64,000 nucleotides of DNA, taken from NCBI GenBank assembly GCA_963663405.2, contig CAXXSM010000142.1, forward strand, positions 61,759 to 125,758, written 5' to 3'. Each line of letters opens with the position of its first letter. Position 1 is the first letter of the stretch. The stretch is from a bacterium. GTDB lineage: Bacteria > Hinthialibacterota > Hinthialibacteria > Hinthialibacterales > Hinthialibacteraceae. Made by a program: the position numbers and the translations under genes. Below, piece by piece: positions 19,345-28,948 of the stretch. The notes under the pieces were generated by a model. The model did not search any database. It was given only the letters and a program-made list of their open reading frames with translations, and was not told the origin of the DNA.

Positions 19345-20784
19345 ATGTGTACACATTGCACTCGCCGGCAGCTTATTGGGGGTGGAACGGTGAGCGGAAT
19401 AGCGCTCGCAATAGGCCATTTGCCGGCTAATAGTGAGGCGCCGAGCGAGGGGGGATCGAAAGTCCGTATTTGCGTTATCATTGCCGGCAATCCGGGGGAA
19501 CGCAGTTGGTGCCCGTCGGAAGCGGAAATCACGGCTGCGCGGTCGCGTCTGGCAGAGGCTGAGAAGAACCTTGGCAACGTGGAGTTCGTTATCGGCCAGG
19601 CGAACAACGTCGAGCAGACCGCCAAGTTGCTGACCAAAGCAGGTCCCGATGCTCCCGTGTTGGTAATCAGCGCAGACATCTTTGGTCCTAAAAGTGTTAT
19701 GCCGGCCATCTTTCAACAGCGGCGGCCGGTAGCCTTGTTTCATCTCCCTGTTGTTGGCGGACATGACTGGTGTCTGGTAAAACCGTGGCGTGAGGAGGGA
19801 AACAGGATCACGCTTTTCAATACCACCGACTACGACGAACTGGAACGGGCGGCGGCGCTGCTAAGGGTCATACCGCTGTTGCGGCGAAGCCGTGTGCTTG
19901 TATCTCCTCCGTTCAAAGGCACTCCCGAATCCTACGCGCCGGAAACGGTGAATGAGCGGTTGGGAGTTGAAATCATCCAGATCGCCGATGGACGTTATGA
20001 TCAGATTATGGAGAAGGTGGACGCAAGCGCCGTGGAGGCTGAGGCGAAGGTGTGGCTCGACGAGGCGAAACGTATCGTCGAACCGAACCGGGAGGATGTG
20101 GTCAAAGCCGCCAGAGCGAGCCTGACACTGGACCAGTTGATCGCAGAAAACCGCGCTGATGGATTATGCGTCGGGACGTGCATGAGCTGGCTAAATCGCG
20201 GATTTCCGTGTCTGGGATTTTCACGCCTTAACGACCGGGGAATCCCCGCCGCTTGCGACGGAGATATGGACTGCCTGCTTACTATGCTGATATTCCAACA
20301 CGCTCTGAACCGGGCCGGTTTCCTGGGCAACGCGGCGGGCGTGGATACGTCCAAGAACGCGTTTCACCTCTCCCATTGCTCGGCCCCACTTCGGATGGAA
20401 GGTCCTGAGAGCCCCAGGTCCCCCTACCTGCTTCGCCGGCATGCGGAGGTCCGTGGCGGCGCGGTGACCGAGGTTCATTATCGCATCGGACAGGAAGTTA
20501 CATTTACCAAGCTGGTTCATCTTGACACCTTGTTGATGTTTACAGGTAAGATCATTGAGGTTCCGAAGGTTCCCAAAGGCAAGGAACGAGGCTGCCGAAC
20601 GGAAATCGTTGCCGAGGTGAAGGACGCGGAGAAACTACTGGCCAACTGGGGTGGTGGAGCGCTGGGGGCAAGCGCCAATGACTATTATGCCTCTTTGCAT
20701 CGGGTGGCCTACTACGGCGACCACACTCAGACGATCCGCCACCTAGCGCACCTGACAGGATTGAAGGTCATAGAGGAAGTATGA
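19345..20784 (+). CDS. Tat-exported L-fucose/L-arabinose isomerase-like protein
   Basis: TRRQLIGG twin-arginine motif; PCLGFSRLNDRGIPAACDGD, SHCSAP, GCRT, LHRVAYYGD; RBS AAGGAG. Confidence 0.75.
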   Translation: MCTHCTRRQLIGGGTVSGIALAIGHLPANSEAPSEGGSKVRICVIIAGNPGERSWCPSEAEITAARSRLAEAEKNLGNVEFVIGQANNVEQTAKLLTKAGPDAPVLVISADIFGPKSVMPAIFQQRRPVALFHLPVVGGHDWCLVKPWREEGNRITLFNTTDYDELERAAALLRVIPLLRRSRVLVSPPFKGTPESYAPETVNERLGVEIIQIADGRYDQIMEKVDASAVEAEAKVWLDEAKRIVEPNREDVVKAARASLTLDQLIAENRADGLCVGTCMSWLNRGFPCLGFSRLNDRGIPAACDGDMDCLLTMLIFQHALNRAGFLGNAAGVDTSKNAFHLSHCSAPLRMEGPESPRSPYLLRRHAEVRGGAVTEVHYRIGQEVTFTKLVHLDTLLMFTGKIIEVPKVPKGKERGCRTEIVAEVKDAEKLLANWGGGALGASANDYYASLHRVAYYGDHTQTIRHLAHLTGLKVIEEV

Positions 20785-21405
20785 CCGAACAAGACAATGG
20801 AGCTTGTTGATCCTGTCAACGTTATATCAACCTGCAATACCATTTTCACGACCAACCATCCGCTTTAGCCCACAAATTTGATTGCCTTCTCTCCACCATA
20901 GGAACAGATGAAAGCCTTCAAAATTTAATAAAACATTTCTAACTGGTTTCATCAAATCTAAAAAACTGAAAAATCTCTTTTTCCAATCGGTATTATGTGT
21001 CCTGATCCAAGCCGGACAGGCGCCATGGCGCGCAAGGTATTGTTATGGAACGTAGACGATATGAAAGACACTATTCATGTGCAATATGGGGCAAAGGTGA
21101 TTCCCGTCATGCTGGATAGATTGGTCTCGTCCTTGATCATGTTGGCTTAGCCAGAGTGTTTATAAAAAAACAGTAAAAAATCGCTCACTGCGCGCTGTCG
21201 ATTCAGGGAATTTCATCGTCTGAACGCGCGAGTGTTTTTGCGATTCGGTATAAAAAATAATCGTACATTTTGGGGATGGTTGCTAGACCAAGGTCGCATA
21301 GGTATGGTACTATGACCATGTTGATAAAAAAGTAATCGTTCCATCATTTCAAGTAAGATTTGATCAGTGATTATTCAACGACGATTCCGAAAAGGAAAAA
21401 TAACG

Positions 21406-23028
21406 ATGAGAAGAACAAGAACAAATTCAATCAGTGTCCTTGTGGTTATGGTGTTTCTGTTCGGGACGGTTTCCAGTTTCGCGCAAGTGGGAATTTTCGA
21501 TGACAACGTGGATATCGGCGATGTAGGCGCTCCTGGATCCTCTGATTTTCGAAACTCGGAGTACGAACTTTCCGGCAGCGGCGCGGGGATCGGCGACGCA
21601 ACGGATAACTTCCATTTTCTATATAAAGAGATGAGCGGACCGTTTATACTCTCTTCCGCATGGGTCGATGTGAACCCTTATGAAAGTGGAAGCCAGGAAG
21701 TGAAAGCGGCTTTGATGGTTCGCGATTCGCTCGATACGGGCGCCGTTCATTTCGATATGTTTGTCCGCAACGACGGTCAGGTGGACACGGAATGGCGCGA
21801 AACCACGGATGGGCCGTTGGATCGAACCTCGAACTATCATTGGCGGCACGAACTGATTCCCTTCGAGGTCCAGGACGGAATCCAGATCGTCCGCCTGGGC
21901 AACACATTGATGAGCTACTACATCGATTACGAAACCGGCCAACCGGTGTTGCACGAAACCCGACAGATGGAAAACCTGTCCGATCCCGTTTATGTTGGGT
22001 TGGCGGTAACCTCCAACGAATGGGATCATTTATCGTTTGGATACTTTTCCAACGTTAAATTGACGGAGATTCCCTTTTTCGCTCAGCGAACCGTTCCCCA
22101 AATCATTTATACGGGAGGAACCTCCATTACCGGGATTAAAATTACTATAGATGGATTGGTCGATCCCACGACGACGGCGACGGTGGAAGAAAGTATTCCG
22201 GCGGGAGTCACGGTGGATACTATCCAAACCACTGTGGGAAGCGCCGCTGTTTCCGGAGATAAAATCGTCTGGAATATCGGGAATGAAACGGGGTCCGCGG
22301 AAATGACCTACGATCTCGTGATCCCCAAACCGGGCGCTCCCTTGATTTGTATACTGTCCGGCAGTGTGACCAAAGGAAGCGAAACGGTGAATCTAAAGAA
22401 TATGACTCTGAAGCACGCGATTGGTTTGGGGCCGGATTGGAAGATCGGAGCGAATGGTATTTGGGCGGTTGTTGATGGAGTGTTGAAACATTACGCCGAT
22501 ACCGGGCTCGATCCGAAACACATTTGGATCGAGAAAGATTTCGGTCAGGATTACACCATTCGCGCCGATGTTATGATGACAAGTTGGACGGATGACGACC
22601 TGTCCCGCTCCGGAGTGATGATCCGCTGCAATCCTGAAGCCGACAGCAACGGATCACGCGAGATGGCGCTGAACCTAATGTTCCACGATGATCTCAACAG
22701 TGTGGATATGCTCAATGACCATATCGAGTGGACTTCACGGAGCGATTACGCCTGGGAAATGAATCAATGGTACACAATGACTCTTACCGGAGAGGGGACG
22801 CTGGTGACTGGAACTATCGTGAAAAAAGGCAGCGATGACGTATTCGAATTAGCGCCCTGGGATAAACCGTCTAACAGTGAACGCGTAGGATATCCGGGAC
22901 TGGCGGGCAGCACTCAAATCGGATTGACATCACAATTCGATAATGTCGAGATCATTGTCGGCGGTGAAGTGGTATTTTCCGATCAATTTGATGAAATCAC
23001 CGGTGTGGCGGATTGGTCCGTTTATTAA
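21406..23028 (+). CDS. Secreted multi-domain beta-sandwich (lectin/ConA-like) protein
   Basis: Signal peptide from ATG 21406; GSGAGI..DNFHFLY, KAALMVRDSL, VYVGLAVTS lectin-like module; ends TGVADWSVY. Confidence 0.7.
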   Translation: MRRTRTNSISVLVVMVFLFGTVSSFAQVGIFDDNVDIGDVGAPGSSDFRNSEYELSGSGAGIGDATDNFHFLYKEMSGPFILSSAWVDVNPYESGSQEVKAALMVRDSLDTGAVHFDMFVRNDGQVDTEWRETTDGPLDRTSNYHWRHELIPFEVQDGIQIVRLGNTLMSYYIDYETGQPVLHETRQMENLSDPVYVGLAVTSNEWDHLSFGYFSNVKLTEIPFFAQRTVPQIIYTGGTSITGIKITIDGLVDPTTTATVEESIPAGVTVDTIQTTVGSAAVSGDKIVWNIGNETGSAEMTYDLVIPKPGAPLICILSGSVTKGSETVNLKNMTLKHAIGLGPDWKIGANGIWAVVDGVLKHYADTGLDPKHIWIEKDFGQDYTIRADVMMTSWTDDDLSRSGVMIRCNPEADSNGSREMALNLMFHDDLNSVDMLNDHIEWTSRSDYAWEMNQWYTMTLTGEGTLVTGTIVKKGSDDVFELAPWDKPSNSERVGYPGLAGSTQIGLTSQFDNVEIIVGGEVVFSDQFDEITGVADWSVY

Positions 23029-23060
23029 ACTCTGGAATCGGGAATTCTCCAGAAAATAAA

Positions 23061-23095
23061 ACAAGACGCGCTCTTGTCGAGGGGCTATCCCCTCG
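23061..23095. terminator. Tandem hairpins between convergent genes (possible bidirectional terminator)
   Basis: ACAAGA-cgcgc-TCTTGT followed by CGAGGGG-ctat-CCCCTCG; no strong U tract. Confidence 0.4.
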
Positions 23096-23109
23096 GACCA
23101 CAACGTCAC

Positions 23110-24768
23110 TTATTCTTTTCGAATATGCAAAATCCAATCCTTGTACTGCAAGGTTCCCGGGTAATCTTCAGGAGGTTTACATTCAAGGATCCTGCCTCCT
23201 GTCATTTTCCCATTTTTCACCATTTCCTGGTGGGTAAGATCGATCCATTGAAAGACAAAGTTTGAATCGTAGGGCGTTAAATCGATTTTCACGCTTCCAC
23301 CCCATCGAAGAAAAATCAGGTATTCCTCACCAGGAATCGCAGAACAATACTTGGATGGATTATCCAGCACGTATTCTGGATGTGGTTTTAATTTCCACCA
23401 CTCAATGCTTGAGAAGAATTTTGCAAGGAAACTCATGGATTGCGCGCCAGGATAGTCCAGCGTGTTTATTTTAAAATCCATCTCCATGGGCCAGGAATCC
23501 TGATCCGCGGGACTTTCCGGAACGTGAGCTTTCCACACATGCCCCCCACCGTATGTATGACCCGCCGCGCCTGAGAGCATGGCGGACCAAGCCCCAAAAC
23601 GAATATCCTCCGCCGAAGGATTCCCTCGAACAAACTCGTACCAAGGTTCCGTAACGACGATCGGCTTTGCCGGTTGGGATTCATACGAATTTTTCACGAT
23701 CCCTGGGATCATTTCGTTTCTCCATTTACTGTGACCCACCTGACATTGGTTATAATCGAGCCAATCTTCCTGATGTAGGACTTCGGCGGTGGACCATTGC
23801 GGAGCGTCTTCACCGCCACCCCATCCTGGTGGAGTGGGATGTGCGCTGATAATCCGGTCATAAGGATCTTCCTGGTCTATCATACGGCCAAGGTCATTCC
23901 AAAAGCGGATGTCAAAACCTCCATAGTTATAAAGGTTATATTCTCCCGCTAAAACCCAGATCACGTTATAACTCGAAAGGCGGCGGACGACGTAACGCCA
24001 CCAGCGTTCGATCACGTCTTGGCCTATAGTTTCGTTGATGGTTTTCCCACCCCACCAGGTGTGAATCCAGATAGTCATACCTTGGGAGTTCGCGTAACGA
24101 ATCATGGTTTCGACTTCGCGGATATGCTGAGTATCCGGATGAAAATATGTTTTATCCAATAGGGAACTGGAGCGTCCCCAGCCTCGACCCGCAAAAAACA
24201 ACTGGCCAACCGTAAAACCTTTGCGCGACCGGTCATCGACAAGTTTCTGAAAACTCTCCAAATGGATGCCTCGCTTTGTCCAGTTCCACCACGTGTCGCC
24301 GATCCATAAAAAAGGGGCGCCATCTTCGTGTACAAAAAACCTGCCAGGACGGTCTCCATGCGCAGCGACTTGAATAAAACCACGGCGTGTCCGATTTTCC
24401 GATTTTTCTTTCTCTGTCCAAGGAATGGCTGTCAAAGATCCTTTTCGGTCATCCAAGGATGGATCAGGGGAAATGGATTGATACCGCCATGTTCCCGCGC
24501 AGGGAGGAGAAAATCGGACTTTCCATATTGCGCCGCCGTCCCAAAAACCATTCACTCCAATTTCTTTTCCTTTTGCTTCACCGTCCACGCCATTGAATAC
24601 AACCGAAAAATGAGCGTCTTGGGCGCTCGATACCATGTAAGGATGATCGATCGTGGCCCCTTCCCATGTGATCTCGAAGACATCCCGAACATGGATTTCG
24701 TTCTGACTCCAACTTAGAGAGGAACAACATAAAAAAATAAGACTGGTAACAAGACGGAATTTCTGCAT
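23110..24768 (-). CDS. DUF5060/DUF4038 apiosidase-like glycoside hydrolase with C-terminal collagen-binding-like domain
   Basis: GFWDGGAIWKVRFSP, DGAPFLWIGDTWW, NVIWVLAGEY, KPIVVTEPWYE, GAAGHTYG; signal peptide. Confidence 0.85.
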   Translation of the reverse strand: MQKFRLVTSLIFLCCSSLSWSQNEIHVRDVFEITWEGATIDHPYMVSSAQDAHFSVVFNGVDGEAKGKEIGVNGFWDGGAIWKVRFSPPCAGTWRYQSISPDPSLDDRKGSLTAIPWTEKEKSENRTRRGFIQVAAHGDRPGRFFVHEDGAPFLWIGDTWWNWTKRGIHLESFQKLVDDRSRKGFTVGQLFFAGRGWGRSSSLLDKTYFHPDTQHIREVETMIRYANSQGMTIWIHTWWGGKTINETIGQDVIERWWRYVVRRLSSYNVIWVLAGEYNLYNYGGFDIRFWNDLGRMIDQEDPYDRIISAHPTPPGWGGGEDAPQWSTAEVLHQEDWLDYNQCQVGHSKWRNEMIPGIVKNSYESQPAKPIVVTEPWYEFVRGNPSAEDIRFGAWSAMLSGAAGHTYGGGHVWKAHVPESPADQDSWPMEMDFKINTLDYPGAQSMSFLAKFFSSIEWWKLKPHPEYVLDNPSKYCSAIPGEEYLIFLRWGGSVKIDLTPYDSNFVFQWIDLTHQEMVKNGKMTGGRILECKPPEDYPGTLQYKDWILHIRKE

Positions 24769-25197
24769 GGGTGACTCCAAGGATTGAAACGGGTTTTTCG
24801 CTGTTTAGTATGGAAGACGATGGAGGATACGTTCTCCAAGTCCCCTGTGATGAATCACGAGTAAATCAGTCCCTAGCGTATCACAACCGGACGAGGATCG
24901 GCAGGAGTGTGAATGAAAAGAACTCGCCTTGGTTCCCTCCCGGAAGGCGCATCCTATGGTTGTTTGAAGCGCTGGTCATGGCCAGCCCAACGGGCCGTTC
25001 CACATTTACGACGTGGAGGCTCTGGTCGAAAGACTCGATCCTCGTTCCATCCGGTCTATTGGATCCCGTCCTGTTACGAACCGTCGAGAGAGTCGCTTTT
25101 CCACAATAACCGCTGGAAATCAGATCTACCCGCGATTTCAAAATACGTTCTTTTTCTGTAGGCGTAATCCCAAGATCAAGCGCGTAAAATTCGCGTT

Positions 25198-25848
25198 TTA
25201 CACATGTTCATTTGAAAAGCGCTCATGCGCATGCGTTTGTAAAAACATGTCCGCGATTTTTCTGGTTTTTGGACTTTTACACATCCGTTGCGCTTCCACA
25301 AAACGAATCAACAATTCCTTTTTCTTACATTGCTCAAAAATTTCGTCGAAAGATTGAATAATGTCCGCTTTGATCAGATCAATGCGTTCAGGGTCACGTT
25401 TCGTACAATCTATAGCCAATAGAATTTTCAAGATTCGATTTTGCAGATGTGGTTTCCATCGCATGATTTTTCCCGCGTTACGGGAAACAAACACGGCTGG
25501 GATTAACTTCTCATCTTGAAGAAGGCTGAAATATTTCTTAAAGCACTTTTCAAATTTCTTCTCGGAATCGATCTTAGTCAAATTGGCGAGAATGTTCAGA
25601 GCGCAGCATCGATGAAACGAATTCGCGCTGTCAAGCAACGATGTAAAATAATCCCATTCGGGATATAAGATAGACGGATGGTCTTCACTAACGCGCAACA
25701 TGATTTTTTCACAATTATAGCGAACCGTTTCTCCCTTGTATCGCAAACCTTCCAGGAACGTATTTAACAAGGCGGGATCGAGTAACGCCATTGCCATCAA
25801 ATCATCAATATCACATTCTTTTTGACGAAGACGTTGAATGATATCCAT
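25198..25848 (-). CDS. Hypothetical alpha-helical (HEAT/ARM-repeat-like) protein
   Basis: 216-aa helical ORF with HEAT-like periodicity (VRYNCEKIM, HRCCALNILANL). Confidence 0.6.
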   Translation of the reverse strand: MDIIQRLRQKECDIDDLMAMALLDPALLNTFLEGLRYKGETVRYNCEKIMLRVSEDHPSILYPEWDYFTSLLDSANSFHRCCALNILANLTKIDSEKKFEKCFKKYFSLLQDEKLIPAVFVSRNAGKIMRWKPHLQNRILKILLAIDCTKRDPERIDLIKADIIQSFDEIFEQCKKKELLIRFVEAQRMCKSPKTRKIADMFLQTHAHERFSNEHV

Positions 25849-26326
25849 TACGTGGAACCTGCTTTATAAACCGGATTATTGAAATCACGATAGATCTCGC
25901 GTATTTCTCTCATTTCATAGAACCTGATATTTCTTGTCAAGTGAATGTCGCATAATGGGATTGTTTTAATCCGAAGCAACACAATCACAGTCATGTTCAT
26001 TGAAATTACACTCGCCTCTCCCATTCAGATACTATATCTATTCTCAAAATACATGCGTATTCGATCGAGGGCATTCTCAAAATCTCCGACTCAGGAAGCG
26101 TGTGGTTTTCGTATGTTTTTTTATAAAAACGCTGTTTGTAGATACATGTTTTCATCAAGTCAAAATGGTGAAGCAATATTGACTATCTGCAATCGATTTA
26201 CTAGGATTGGGGCGCGAATAATCCTTCAAAAATTATCGGTAAGAAACTTGACTTCGAAATGATTGTCAGAAGAATACAACGATAAACGCCCGTGGTACAA
26301 CTTTAAAAATAGGAATCGATAAAATT

Positions 26327-28929
26327 ATGAGACAAGTCATTGCATCCATACTTTTTTTCTTTTTTTCGTGTATACCTGTTGCTCTTCACGCAGAATTCTC
26401 TTCCTCGGCGTCTGCGGTGGAAGAATCGATCCCGCCCATTGTATTGGATAATTTCGAGAATCATGGCGCGGAAATCCGATGGACTTTCAACAATGGAAAA
26501 GAGTTCCCTGGAGCCAAGGGCGCTTTCCAACGAAGCGTAGACACGTCAAACCAAACGGCGTACGGAGAATTGCGTTTTGATTTTTCGGAAGGAGGAAATT
26601 ATGTGTCCGCGAGTTGGGCGATTCCTTCTCCCTCCAACGAATCCTCCCAAACCGTAAGCCGGTTTGGAGGATTGCAGGTGGATATAAAACGCCCCGCAGG
26701 GAATACTGTTTCCATTCGATACACCGATCAGACCGGTCAAGTTTTTCAAAAAACAATGGACTGCGTCGAGGATCGTTGGACGACGGTAATTGTTCCATTC
26801 CGGGATTGGGATTCGAGTTGGGGCGGAAAAAACGATGGTATTCTACAGGGAAATCCACGTGAAATCGCCATTCTAATCAATCATGGTGAACAAACTCAAG
26901 GTTCGTTATTGTTTGACAATGTCACATTACTCCCCCCCTCTTCGGACGATTGGATGATCCATACACAATACACGGCCTACAATTTCGATTCCTCTGAAGG
27001 ATGGTATTTCGTGGGGGTCAGGAAATCCGGGGAAAACATCATTCAACGAAAAAACCTGGCGTCTTGATTTTTCCCACGGCGCCCAATGGCTTTCGATTCG
27101 TCCGCCCGATACGACCCTCATCGGAAGTATTGACCGGATCAAACTCCATATGCGGGGAAACGCGAAAAACCATCCTGTTCATCTTTTTCTCCGCACACAT
27201 TTTATGACATTCCATACAAGGATGGAAAACACTATGGAAAACGATGAGGTATATGTCACCGATGGCCCTCCAGGATCAGGATGGTCATGGAGCGGCGGTG
27301 AAAATGACGGAAAAATTCATGGGCCTCTTCGCCTCGCTGAAATTCGTGTAGAGAATAATGGGCAGAATGACTGTTTCGATTTGACATTGGTGAAACTTGA
27401 TATTCAGGCGTCTTGTTCTCCTCAAAAGCAGTGTATCGTAACAACCGAATGGACGGATAAAAACAATTTCTGCGCGACCCTCCAATCCATGTCAAAGGAT
27501 CCCTTGCAGGGAATCCTGTCCTGGACTCTGAAAACATGGGATGGCGATATCGTCGGCGAAAATCACCAAAACATCATCACGCCTTCTCCAAGGAGAACGC
27601 AAACAAATTTATATTCCGTTACCCTCTCTGCCGGAAGGAACAAAGTGTATTGAAGCGAATGTCAACCTTGCCATCGACGGACAAGATATACCCTCCACCC
27701 AGGCCTGTTGGCTTTCTCCCTATCAGGAACAGCGCGATCATCATCTTGATCCAGAGTCCCCCTTTGGTATGGGTCTCTATTTATGTCGTTATTCCGGCGG
27801 TGAGAAGGGAAAGGCGGAGATGGAAAAAGCCGCGCAAATGGCGCGTGACGCCGGAGTGAAATGGTCCCCGTGAAGATTTCTCCTGGTCGCGAATCGAACC
27901 GCAGAAAGGTCATTACCAGTGGGATTATTATGATAACCTGATTAAATGCGCTCACCGCCATGGAATTCAAGTATACGCGATCATTTGCTATTGGTCGAAT
28001 TGGACAAAACCATATACATCCGAAGGGATCGATGATTACAATCGCGTATACACGAGCGCTGGTCAATCGCTATCATCAAGACATTCATCAATGGGAAATC
28101 TGGAATGAGCCCAACATCTTTTTCTGGCAAGGTTCGGATGAACAGTACGCCGAGTTGTTAATCAAGAGTTACGCCGCCATCAAAGAAATCGATCCAAGCG
28201 CGGAAGTCCTTGGAATATCCACGGCTGGAATCGACTATGACTATATAACGAAAATGATGGGGTTGGGAACCCCGTTCGATGTCTTGACCATTCATCCTTA
28301 TCGAAGAGTGTTGGAGGATCTTGAATTCATCCAAGATTTAATAAAAGCCTCTGATCTCACCGCAAACGCGGACGGAAGCCGCCGGCCGGTGTGGTTAACG
28401 GAACTGGGATGGTCCACCTACACCCCCCATAACACAATTAAGCAGAGTTTCATTCCCATGACGCTGCGGGGCCAAGCGGAACGGATCGCGCGTTGTTATT
28501 TATGTTCCATCGTCTCGGGTGTCGATCCCCGTACGTTTTGGTACAATTTCCGCAATGACGGGTTTGATCCCATTTATTTCGAGCATAATATGGGAATTGT
28601 GACCCGTGATTTCAAGCCGAAACCCGCATACTTCGCCTACGCCACATTGAGTAAAGTCTTACAGGATAAAAAAAACGGTTCAACGAATACCCACGGAAGA
28701 TGATACGCTGGTGTTCCGCTTTTCTTCAGAAACATCCAATGAAATTACCATCGCCGCATGGAACTATACCCGTAACGCGAAACTTCAGATTCCCGTGGAA
28801 TGCGATGAAATAACGGTAATAAATACAATAGGAGAAACAAAAACACGAAAGATTCCTGATCAAGTCGTAAGCCTTGAAATCCAAGAAGGGAGCCCGGTGT
28901 ATATAACCTATTCGAAAAATACACCATAG
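26327..28929 (+). pseudogene. Secreted clan GH-A (GH39/GH5-like) glycoside hydrolase with carbohydrate-binding modules, split by frameshifts
   Basis: Consecutive fragments give signal peptide, CBM-like domain, ARDAGVKWS(R)E, WEIWNEPN (acid/base), IHPY and VWLTELGW (nucleophile). Several breaks fall in homopolymers (A6 near 27050, C4 near 27866, A8 near 28668). Confidence 0.8.
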
Positions 28930-28948
28930 TGAATTCAATAGGTTCTCA

